A DNA stretch of 64,000 nt from a virus. This document shows, in pieces, positions 46,590 to 54,624 of the stretch. The notes beneath the pieces were generated by a model. The model was not told where the DNA came from, made no database searches, and saw only the letters and a program-made list of their open reading frames with translations. The stretch is taken from positions 32,001 to 96,000 of the IMG/VR virus record IMGVR_UViG_3300020048_000017; one strand, written 5' to 3'. Within the stretch, counting starts at the first letter, position 1. The number at the start of each line of letters is the position of its first letter. Made by a program: the position numbers and the translations under genes.

Positions 46590-46999
46590 TCAAAAACTAC
46601 CGAAAGTCCGTCAATAAATCTGGGCATCGAGCCTTCCGTGGCTTTGTCGCAAGTCACTTTAATAACGCTTTTACCTCGGAGAGTTTTAGCAAGCTTTGCA
46701 TTAGCGCTCGTAATAACTGGTGGGGAATAAACATTTATAAATTTATCTAACGTCACTCGGTCCGAATCGCTAAAATCCCCAGAAGGACTCTTTGAATCAA
46801 CTCCTTCAAAATCTGGAACAAACTCTTCTTGAACTTCTGCCGCCACTTCTTCAGTTACTTCAACAGTTACTTCAACAGCCTCCTCATTAGATTCTTGAGC
46901 GATTTCTTCAACCTCAACATTCGCTACTTCTACTTTCGGTGTTTTCTTTACTGTTTTTTTGCTTGCTGCTTTTTTCATTTTACTTTTGCTTTTTATCAA
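46586..46999 (-). CDS. Protein with a Lys-rich N-terminus and a Glu/Val-rich tract
   Basis: Low-complexity composition. Confidence 0.65.
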   Translation of the reverse strand: MIKSKSKMKKAASKKTVKKTPKVEVANVEVEEIAQESNEEAVEVTVEVTEEVAAEVQEEFVPDFEGVDSKSPSGDFSDSDRVTLDKFINVYSPPVITSANAKLAKTLRGKSVIKVTCDKATEGSMPRFIDGLSVVFE

Positions 47000-47507
47000 A
47001 CTTTAAAAATCCTGATTTTTGAGCAGAACCCTCTGAAGAGGTTGGTTCAACGGCTTTCGTAAAACTATTTCTAATTTCTTCTAATAGAAGCCCTAGTTTG
47101 TTCGCGCCCGTTCCGGTCTCTTTAACTCCCCAAAAATCATCGCCCCAGTGGTTTGCGTTAATTAGGCTTTTTGACTTAGTCTTTATAAGCTTTTCTTTCA
47201 AACCTTGATCTAAAAACTTTGATTCAAGAACTTCTTTCATAATAGACTCTCTTGCGTCCATCCAGTTGCTAGGGATGGGAAGGTCTCTGGCTATATCTCT
47301 AGTCTGGTAAGGGTCTGCTTCCTGCAAGGTTTTGATAGACTCTTCTGTCGAACATCTTGCTGAGTAAAAAGCATTTGCGGCAGACGGAAATTCACGACCT
47401 TTGTATTTTACAACACAAGGAAAATTTAAAGCTAGGAACTCGAAATCTTCCAAAAAGCCAAAAACTTTACTTTCGTCCGAACTAACATATTTGAGAATAG
47501 GATTCAT
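46980..47507 (-). CDS. NADAR (YbiA)-like protein with substituted active-site acids
   Basis: W...R..IM..VL..KF, L..T, N.W.D.FWG, G.N.LG..L..IR; canonical SEH and LVE read AAN and LIN. Confidence 0.75.
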   Translation of the reverse strand: MNPILKYVSSDESKVFGFLEDFEFLALNFPCVVKYKGREFPSAANAFYSARCSTEESIKTLQEADPYQTRDIARDLPIPSNWMDARESIMKEVLESKFLDQGLKEKLIKTKSKSLINANHWGDDFWGVKETGTGANKLGLLLEEIRNSFTKAVEPTSSEGSAQKSGFLKFDKKQK

Positions 47508-47521
47508 AGTATAAATTACAC
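47508..47521 (-). promoter_or_regulatory. Putative late-promoter motif (NADAR-like operon)
   Basis: GTGTA-ATTTATACT-ATG (N9). Confidence 0.6.
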
Positions 47522-47773
47522 CTAAGATAGGAGTTCTGCCGGAATAAGTGGGGTAATATCATCACCGATGTTAAACGAAACTTCCTCGGTTTCTGCGATA
47601 AAATCAAATAATTTACGTATTTTGATTAAAAATGGAGTCTCTCCTTCTATTAAAATTACATACTCCCCATTGAAGTATGTAACTCTAGAAGTAACAACTA
47701 AATCTAAACATAAGACCTTATATAAGGAACCCTCCTGAACGCATTCTCTAACTCTTTGTATAGTAGCTTTCAT
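47522..47773 (-). CDS. Hypothetical protein
   Basis: Coupled ORF. Confidence 0.6.
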   Translation of the reverse strand: MKATIQRVRECVQEGSLYKVLCLDLVVTSRVTYFNGEYVILIEGETPFLIKIRKLFDFIAETEEVSFNIGDDITPLIPAELLS

Positions 47774-48264
47774 GCAAATGAGTTCAGTTTATTAATTTGA
47801 ATTCCAATACCATCTCTACTCATTACTAAATTATCGTCTATATCTCCCGCTTTGTGTTTGGTTCCCACTGTCTTCAAAGTCTCTTTGTTTACCCATCCTA
47901 AAATCCAAACCTTTTTCAAACTCTTCAAACATCTTACAAAAATATAGCCGTCGCATTTTTGGTCAATATAAGTGTTGATTGTGCAGTTGAAATTTCCTTT
48001 GGGTTTTACTGTGGTCATTTTTGTTTTGATATCCCATTTTTTACCCTTGTCATCCATAATATCAAAATCGTATGGATTGTATTCTGTTGGATGTAGTTTC
48101 CAACCTTTCTGTTCAAAATAATCTCCACAAACCACCTCTCCCAAAAAAGCATATAGATTTCTAGCCCCGCCCATGATCGAACTGGCGTTTAGCTTGAAGT
48201 TCTTAGCTAGGTCTTCCGCCCTAGATCTTTGATCTTCGGTTGTATTAAACTCTAAAATCTTCAT
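47770..48264 (-). CDS. PD-(D/E)XK restriction-endonuclease-like protein
   Basis: GEVV...YDFD...WDIKTK, D.YIFV, LGW. Confidence 0.65.
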   Translation of the reverse strand: MKILEFNTTEDQRSRAEDLAKNFKLNASSIMGGARNLYAFLGEVVCGDYFEQKGWKLHPTEYNPYDFDIMDDKGKKWDIKTKMTTVKPKGNFNCTINTYIDQKCDGYIFVRCLKSLKKVWILGWVNKETLKTVGTKHKAGDIDDNLVMSRDGIGIQINKLNSFA

Positions 48265-48266
48265 TC

Positions 48267-48659
48267 TTAATTCCTTTCATAATCTTCCTCCCTGATTCTT
48301 CTGATAATATCAGAAGTATGTTCCATAGAAGGCTTCAAATAAAAGGCCACATCCTCTGGGATTTCTAACCACTCTTTGCTCCCTCTCCATTCTTCTGATG
48401 TAAAGAATATATCACAAGGAAACTTGGAAAAAAGTTCGAGTGCTGTCCCAGAAAACAGAAGGGCTTCATCTACACATTTTAAACTTTTTATAATTCTAAG
48501 TCTATTATATTGAGTAAATACCGGAAGTCGTTTTCTGCAATCTTTGGTCTCTCTAACACCAACTATTAAAAAATCGCACTTCTCTCTGCATCGTTCTAAA
48601 AATTCCAAATGACCTACATGAAAAAGGTCGAAAGTTCCGCTAGTTAATCCTACCTTCAT
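48267..48659 (-). CDS. Cytidylyltransferase (TagD/RfaE-II-like; start MKVGL)
   Basis: GTFDLFHVGH, LIVGV, R......LKCVD, STS-like tail. Confidence 0.85.
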   Translation of the reverse strand: MKVGLTSGTFDLFHVGHLEFLERCREKCDFLIVGVRETKDCRKRLPVFTQYNRLRIIKSLKCVDEALLFSGTALELFSKFPCDIFFTSEEWRGSKEWLEIPEDVAFYLKPSMEHTSDIIRRIREEDYERN

Positions 48660-49741
48660 TCTTCTTCCCAATTTCTATCTACTTGCCTTAAATGTCCTTC
48701 AAATTCTCCAGTAGGTTCATGGAACGTATATAGATGAACGTGCTTTCCATCTCTGCGAATAATGTGGTCAGAGGGGCAGTGAGGCAATCCTCCAATTTTG
48801 ATACCGTTCGGTTGCCACCTATTCCAAATAATAAATAGATCTTCCGTCCCCTTACCTTCGTATCCGTGAAAATCAATGAGAGATAATGCTTTATTTCCAC
48901 AAAGGGTATTTCCAAATCCACACCAATCTGAAGGGATAATAGCACCCTTTCCTATACTGGGATAAGCGTAATCTAGCCAGCCCCTTTTCTTCCATCCAAA
49001 CTTGGAAGTGACACTAAACACATTTCCGTCAGGAGGACATTTTTTTTCAATATAGTTATCCCATCTTCTAATCTTATTAAAGATTGTTTTTCTTTCTTGA
49101 AGGGAAATATCCTTAAAAGGTTCGTTTTCGTTTTTAACTTTTTCTTCCAACTCAATTTCTAGAGTTTTAAGCTTTTTCTCTAAATCCTTAACTCTTTTAG
49201 AAACTCTCTCTGGAACAATTTTCTCCTCTGGATAGAAGTTTGGAAGAATTTGTCTTTGAGGAGTCCCATGTCCTAGCATGAATGGACCCCCACCTTGAGA
49301 AGGGTAGGGACAGGCTGCGACTCCATAATAACCCCTATCGAAATTCAATAAGTCTACCATACACCTAAGGCTATTAGGTTTTGGAATAACGTCGCTATCT
49401 AAAGACCAATAATAATCAGCTTGAAACTTCTGAGCTTCCAAGGCTCCAAGAGTTCTCATTTTAGCGATTAATAACTGAGCGGATTTTTTATAATTTGGCA
49501 AATCAAACTCTACTTTATCCAAAGTAATATGTTCAACTTGCCAATTTTTCGGCAAATTATGTTTATAGAAAATCTCCAATTTTTCCATTCTCTCATTTCC
49601 GCAAGAGACTAAAATTAAAAGACCTTCAACATCCTCTCCGAAATAACTCATATTTGCACAAACTGCCGTAGCCTGAGTTTTTACAGCATAAGCGTAATCC
49701 CTCGTAGCATTTATGTTAATCGCTAGTTTTTTCATTTCCAA
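48656..49741 (-). CDS. GT-A-fold glycosyltransferase-like protein with a coiled-coil insertion
   Basis: WSLDSDV, GFG.TL, EDL, DHI. Confidence 0.6.
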   Translation of the reverse strand: MEMKKLAININATRDYAYAVKTQATAVCANMSYFGEDVEGLLILVSCGNERMEKLEIFYKHNLPKNWQVEHITLDKVEFDLPNYKKSAQLLIAKMRTLGALEAQKFQADYYWSLDSDVIPKPNSLRCMVDLLNFDRGYYGVAACPYPSQGGGPFMLGHGTPQRQILPNFYPEEKIVPERVSKRVKDLEKKLKTLEIELEEKVKNENEPFKDISLQERKTIFNKIRRWDNYIEKKCPPDGNVFSVTSKFGWKKRGWLDYAYPSIGKGAIIPSDWCGFGNTLCGNKALSLIDFHGYEGKGTEDLFIIWNRWQPNGIKIGGLPHCPSDHIIRRDGKHVHLYTFHEPTGEFEGHLRQVDRNWEEE

Positions 49742-50580
49742 CGAGAAAGCTGAACAAAGATAAGTGGAAAGTATTTAGAAGGAACATCTTTTGGAGATTT
49801 CCAAGCTTCGACTCCTGTAAAATCATGCTCCTCCACTTTCGAAAGTTTCTCTTTAAACTCCTCAAAAGTCATCCCAAGCTTTCCGATCTTGTCTTCTAAA
49901 GCACTTGCGGGACCAGCACTAATACTTGTAGTTGCCTCCTCTGGCTTCTCAAAAGCTATCTCATCCTGAGTGACTATATAAACTCTTAGAAAGTTTCTAA
50001 CGGCTCTCCCGAAAGCTCTGTTCGATGCGATGGCAGTTAAATAGTTCGTTCCGAAATCTTTCGAACAATTTCCTACATGGGCATCTGCCGTTCCTGTGTA
50101 TGTCACAGGTTGCATACCTGTTTCGTAATTAGGAGTCCAAACAATCTTGCACTCTACACTAACAAACTCTGGGGAAGAATAAACCACTTTTTCTTCAACG
50201 GAAGTAAACCCTCTAAGGGCTGCTAGTTCTCTATAACCCGTAAGTTTGATAATTAAGTCATCCTCCCGAGCCTTAGCTTTCAGCTCTACAAACTCTTCTT
50301 TAGATAGAGACTCTACATCGATAGGATTTTCTTTCTTTAGAAACTTTTCTCTATTTAAAAGAATGTGTTCTTCAGGGATCATGCCCCTCCAATCGACAAG
50401 CCCCGTTCCTAAAAACTTATACTCCAAGTTTTTTCTCAATCCTTGACTATCAAATTCAATAGAGGGTGCTCTTAGAACTTCCTCTGTAGCTTTAATGGTT
50501 CTTTTTGCTCTGGGAGCTTTTTCCGCAGTCTTCTTAGCGGCGGGTTTTTGCACGGTGGCTTTAGTAGTAGCTTTTCTCAT
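49732..50580 (-). CDS. Putative single-strand annealing protein (Rad52/ERF-like)
   Basis: GL..LA..RG, ADA...N, AIA.NRAF.RAVR.FL....V..DEI. Confidence 0.45.
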   Translation of the reverse strand: MRKATTKATVQKPAAKKTAEKAPRAKRTIKATEEVLRAPSIEFDSQGLRKNLEYKFLGTGLVDWRGMIPEEHILLNREKFLKKENPIDVESLSKEEFVELKAKAREDDLIIKLTGYRELAALRGFTSVEEKVVYSSPEFVSVECKIVWTPNYETGMQPVTYTGTADAHVGNCSKDFGTNYLTAIASNRAFGRAVRNFLRVYIVTQDEIAFEKPEEATTSISAGPASALEDKIGKLGMTFEEFKEKLSKVEEHDFTGVEAWKSPKDVPSKYFPLIFVQLSRWK

Positions 50581-51728
50581 GGAATAAAAATGTAGTAGTT
50601 GTTGCTATCTTTCCAGAACGTTTCGTCTTTTGTTATAGGTATTTGCATTAGGTTTTCACCCAACGAGTTGAGGGGTAACTTAGCATTTAAATGCCACTCT
50701 GACAAGTAAAATTTTCCACCAGAGCAAAGTATTTTCGATGACTTGACTACGCTATTTGAAAAATCACCTTCTAACATTTCAGGTCTAACTATTTTCTTAG
50801 GCGCGTTGAAACTAAGTAAATCAAACTTCAAATTATCTAGTATGTCGCCGTTTTCTGTCACGACTGTATAATCAATCCCAGACTGGGACACCTCTTCAAC
50901 AAATTTAATATCTACCTCCTCATTAACTTTGTAAAGCATCGTGATTAAGTTTGGCCGGATTGCCCTTAAAGGATTCAGGTCCAATCTCCTATCTGTAATC
51001 AGCGATACTTTCCTGTCCTTGGCTATGTGTGGTAGCATTTCCTGAGAGCCACCTAAGTCTAACCGAATATTCACGATATTGTTAATAAAAAGGTTGTTTG
51101 GAAGAGGGTGGTCCGGAACAACTTCTATGATTGGGTTTTGGTAATTAGGTCCAATGTGTAAAGTTTTTTGTTTTGATTTTGGCAGTCCTAAAATACCTAA
51201 AACTCCATTTGCGATTTCTTCCGGAGTGATATAATTAATGGTTTTCGGGAATTCCTTAGGACTATGGGTTGCCCTGAGCGAATTCCTATGAGAATTAATA
51301 AAGACACTTTTAGGGTGATGGTAAAAAGGTGCGCAAACTTCTGCTAGAGTAGATCCGTATACTGAAACGCTTGGGGAGCCTAGCGCACCAGCGTTGTGAA
51401 CCCACAACGAATCGTTATCGATATGAACTAAGGAGTTAGCTACTACGTAGTTTCCTTGGTAAAGATTTGTTTTGCCTCTCAAGTCCTCACAGTGGGGAAG
51501 GAGTTGTTCCGAATGGGTTCCGATCTGAACAAACTTAACTCCGCTCAACCTCTTCCTGAGAATCTCTATAACCTCGGAAAAGTAATCATAGTTTTTACTT
51601 TCCATACCTGATCCATTATGGATAGATATGTATTCTCCTAAAACGGGGTAGTAACTCTGAAAGGGTTCCACAGGTTTCTCTGGAAGTTTTACTCCGCAGT
51701 TGTTAGCATAAATTTCCGCTAATTTCAT
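50577..51728 (-). CDS. GT-B glycosyltransferase, GT9 (heptosyltransferase)-like
   Basis: K.YDYF.EV, VQIG, DLRGKT, HID.DS...H.A.ALG.PSV..YG.T. Confidence 0.7.
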   Translation of the reverse strand: MKLAEIYANNCGVKLPEKPVEPFQSYYPVLGEYISIHNGSGMESKNYDYFSEVIEILRKRLSGVKFVQIGTHSEQLLPHCEDLRGKTNLYQGNYVVANSLVHIDNDSLWVHNAGALGSPSVSVYGSTLAEVCAPFYHHPKSVFINSHRNSLRATHSPKEFPKTINYITPEEIANGVLGILGLPKSKQKTLHIGPNYQNPIIEVVPDHPLPNNLFINNIVNIRLDLGGSQEMLPHIAKDRKVSLITDRRLDLNPLRAIRPNLITMLYKVNEEVDIKFVEEVSQSGIDYTVVTENGDILDNLKFDLLSFNAPKKIVRPEMLEGDFSNSVVKSSKILCSGGKFYLSEWHLNAKLPLNSLGENLMQIPITKDETFWKDSNNYYIFIP

Positions 51729-52156
51729 TATAATTCGTTATGTATTTTTAAATGACAGTTTGCACAGACTACCTCGCATTTTTCAATTTCCTTCAGTATT
51801 TTTTTTAAGCTGCACCCTGAAGATAACATCTTTGAGATGCTTGATTCTTTTTCTTCCGAATTCACATGATGGAACTGTAAAACTCTCGGATCGGATTCTG
51901 AGCACAAGTGGCAACCTTTGCTTACTTTATAATTATCTATTTCAAACTTATTTTTTATCCTATTGTCTCTTGCCCAAGACCTTTTATTATCTGAAAAGTG
52001 TCTGGATACAGAGCTTCTAGGTCTATTTAATACAGAGGCTATCTGGACGATAGTTTTCCCTTGAGCTTTTAATTCCTGAACTTCCTCTTTAAACTCATTG
52101 CAACTCATTCTTGTCAAGCCCGTTATGAGTATAGTTTGGGAACCTTTGTGTTGCAA
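51728..52156 (-). CDS. HTH + HNH endonuclease (free-standing homing-endonuclease type)
   Basis: QIA..LNR..SSVSRH; C..C...L.FHH...KC..VCANCH. Confidence 0.8.
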   Translation of the reverse strand: MQHKGSQTILITGLTRMSCNEFKEEVQELKAQGKTIVQIASVLNRPRSSVSRHFSDNKRSWARDNRIKNKFEIDNYKVSKGCHLCSESDPRVLQFHHVNSEEKESSISKMLSSGCSLKKILKEIEKCEVVCANCHLKIHNEL

Positions 52157-53984
52157 AAAATGGTGCGAAGAACATGTCTACCACACCAATATTAGAACCG
52201 ATACCTTCCCAAAGTTGAAAGTTTTCAAACTCTGAAGAGTAAGGGATAAGTTTGTAACCTAGAGGCTTGAATATTTGAAAGTTTTCTGGTTTTGTGCAAA
52301 CGTATATTTCATAATCGGCATAAAGTCTTTTCAAAGAATCTAAGACATTTAAACTGATATAACAATCCCCTAAGCTTTGAGGCATCATGTAACATAATTT
52401 CTTGTTATCGTTTTTCTCAATATAATCTGTCAAAAGCTTTGGACTATTCATGGCGTTATCGTTTTGAGCCTGATTTACAAAAAAATTGTAGATATCTTCT
52501 CTCGACGCGCCATTTTTCATTGACTCAAGCCAATCGTTAACCCCTTTCGAATCTTGAGATTCGTTCATGTTTAAAACCCCAGAATAAATATCTATAAGCC
52601 ACTCTGTGTCATTTTGAATTTCCGGCATCGGATACTCTGGATTTTTCTTTTCCTTTGCAAACTTATAGTCATAAGTATTCTCGGGAAGGTTGTCCACAAA
52701 GTCTTCAAAGAACTTGCCGAATTTTTCATCGCTGAATTCCTTAGTTGCCCACTCAGAACCTTTAAGTCCTTTTAATTTAAAACTTGCGGGATTTTTTTCC
52801 AGCTTTGTCATAAAGTTCTTTATAGACTCCGGTTTAGTGGAAGCTTTGATAAAATTGGAACCAACCTCTCTATAGGTATCGAAACCAATAGAGTATACGA
52901 AGTCCTTATCTGTGTATTCTGTTCCGCAAGAATACGGAACTGTAGCGACTGGTAGTCCAGCCATCATAGCTTCGATGATGGGCATTTCTAATCCTCCAGA
53001 AGTCATTGGGTGGATATAACCATCCATCATGTTATACACAATATTCATTTGCGACTCAGAAATTCCAATTGCTGGATTCGGAGTTACCATGGAGCTAGGA
53101 TGACCACAGGAATAGCAGTTAGTCTGAACTCCTACAAATGGGCTTACTGTAAATACTTTACAATTTGCACAGACATAAGTTGTCAAAACTTTGTCTTGAG
53201 GAATCCCAAACTCTTTTACAAACTCCTGAATATTCCAACCTTGAGACTCTGCCCAGCTAGTGTGTAGTAAAATCTTACCGTTTCCGCCAGCAGCTAGGTA
53301 TTTAGAAAAACCTTCTAAAAGAGATCCTACTAACTTCCTCAACTGATTTCTAAAAACAAAGCCGAAAACTTTTTCATCAGGTTTGATACCTACTGAAGTT
53401 CTGAACTTTTGTCTTTCTTCTTCCTCCATGGGGTGGAAAGCTTTATTTCCCACAGCGCCATAAACAGTCTTGACGTTATCGACGCCCTCTGCTTTTAGAG
53501 CTTTTTCTGCGAAACTTGCCCATACCCAGAAGTTTTCACATTTTTTAGCAGCTTCAATAGCCAAGGGATAAATCGGTAGAGAATCTAGCGTAGTCCAAAT
53601 GACGCAAGGAAATTTGTCCCACCATGGTTTATTCCAATATCCGTTAAATGCCCAGATATCTTCTGCCCCAAGATAAACGTCTGGCTTTTCTAATTCAATA
53701 ACCTTATCGATGTTCCCAGCCCCATAACTTACATGTCTTAAAAGAGCGTGATCTTGGATACCTTCAAGCTCTCTAGGGTTGTCAGGCAACGCTCCGTAGC
53801 ACTTCCATGGGACCTCTTTACAGCGATCATCGGACCAAGTTAAAGGTCCTGCGGCATACTCGACAATATCGTATTTACCAGTTTTCCAGAGGTAAGAAAG
53901 GACGGCTAAGGAATTTCTTCCAAAGCCTGATTTCATTTTGCTCCAGCTCCCGTGTATTAAAATCTTTTTTTTCTTCCCTTCCAT
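52095..53984 (-). CDS. GT-B glycosyltransferase, GT4-like, with a C-terminal extension
   Basis: SGFG, D.W, RNQ.RK, YN.MD......SGG.E.P..EAM..GLP; tail with LGD..I..V..L. Confidence 0.8.
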   Translation of the reverse strand: MEGKKKKILIHGSWSKMKSGFGRNSLAVLSYLWKTGKYDIVEYAAGPLTWSDDRCKEVPWKCYGALPDNPRELEGIQDHALLRHVSYGAGNIDKVIELEKPDVYLGAEDIWAFNGYWNKPWWDKFPCVIWTTLDSLPIYPLAIEAAKKCENFWVWASFAEKALKAEGVDNVKTVYGAVGNKAFHPMEEEERQKFRTSVGIKPDEKVFGFVFRNQLRKLVGSLLEGFSKYLAAGGNGKILLHTSWAESQGWNIQEFVKEFGIPQDKVLTTYVCANCKVFTVSPFVGVQTNCYSCGHPSSMVTPNPAIGISESQMNIVYNMMDGYIHPMTSGGLEMPIIEAMMAGLPVATVPYSCGTEYTDKDFVYSIGFDTYREVGSNFIKASTKPESIKNFMTKLEKNPASFKLKGLKGSEWATKEFSDEKFGKFFEDFVDNLPENTYDYKFAKEKKNPEYPMPEIQNDTEWLIDIYSGVLNMNESQDSKGVNDWLESMKNGASREDIYNFFVNQAQNDNAMNSPKLLTDYIEKNDNKKLCYMMPQSLGDCYISLNVLDSLKRLYADYEIYVCTKPENFQIFKPLGYKLIPYSSEFENFQLWEGIGSNIGVVDMFFAPFFATQRFPNYTHNGLDKNELQ

Positions 53985-54044
53985 ACCTTGTATATGCGAT
54001 GCCTAGAAAATTAGTCAAATTTCAAGATCTTACCAAGGGGAGAT

Positions 54045-54554
54045 TTAGTTAGAAGTTTCCGATGGCCCAGTTTCTCTTTGTTTAGCAGCCTTAACTTGGT
54101 CACTATACATACCACTGAAAACGTGGTCTAGAGAATATCTGAGAAACTCTTTAAGCAATTGGCATTCGTTAAAATCGAAGCCAATCAAAAAGTTTTTCCT
54201 TTCGGAAGTTCCCTCTTGCTTACTAATAGCAAGGCTGAAGCCAATTTGTTTCCCGTCTCTCACATACGGAGAGAAGTTGATTGTGGCAGATCCTTTTGCA
54301 GACGAATGATAGAAACCCTTTTCAGCCGCTGCTGTGTTTTGCTCGATTGCTCGAATTAACGCAGCCGCCTCAATAAGGCTTAGCTTGATATTTACCTTAT
54401 CTCCATTCTTGAAAGAACCTGTAGAGGACTGATTATCCCATCCGGTCTGTTTGACCATCTCGATGAAAATTCCCTTTTTATCTCCCTTTGAATTAAACGA
54501 AAAGTTCGCGAGGGAACCCTTGACTGACTTGGTTGGTTTATAGAACGGTAACAT
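54045..54554 (-). CDS. Putative single-stranded DNA-binding protein (Whirly/PC4-like)
   Basis: Size, position beside the polymerase, and duplicated beta-beta-alpha pattern (KLS..E...I; FYH; E..LL..FL). Confidence 0.45.
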   Translation of the reverse strand: MLPFYKPTKSVKGSLANFSFNSKGDKKGIFIEMVKQTGWDNQSSTGSFKNGDKVNIKLSLIEAAALIRAIEQNTAAAEKGFYHSSAKGSATINFSPYVRDGKQIGFSLAISKQEGTSERKNFLIGFDFNECQLLKEFLRYSLDHVFSGMYSDQVKAAKQRETGPSETSN

Positions 54555-54596
54555 TGATTTTTAGTGTTTTTTCGCCTGTGGCAATTGATTATGGAT

Positions 54597-54624
54597 ATTA
54601 TAACTTCTATAGTTGATTTGTCAA
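54597..54624 (-). promoter_or_regulatory. Sigma70-like promoter of the SSB-like gene, with a leader
   Basis: TTGACA-N16-TATAAT. Confidence 0.8.
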
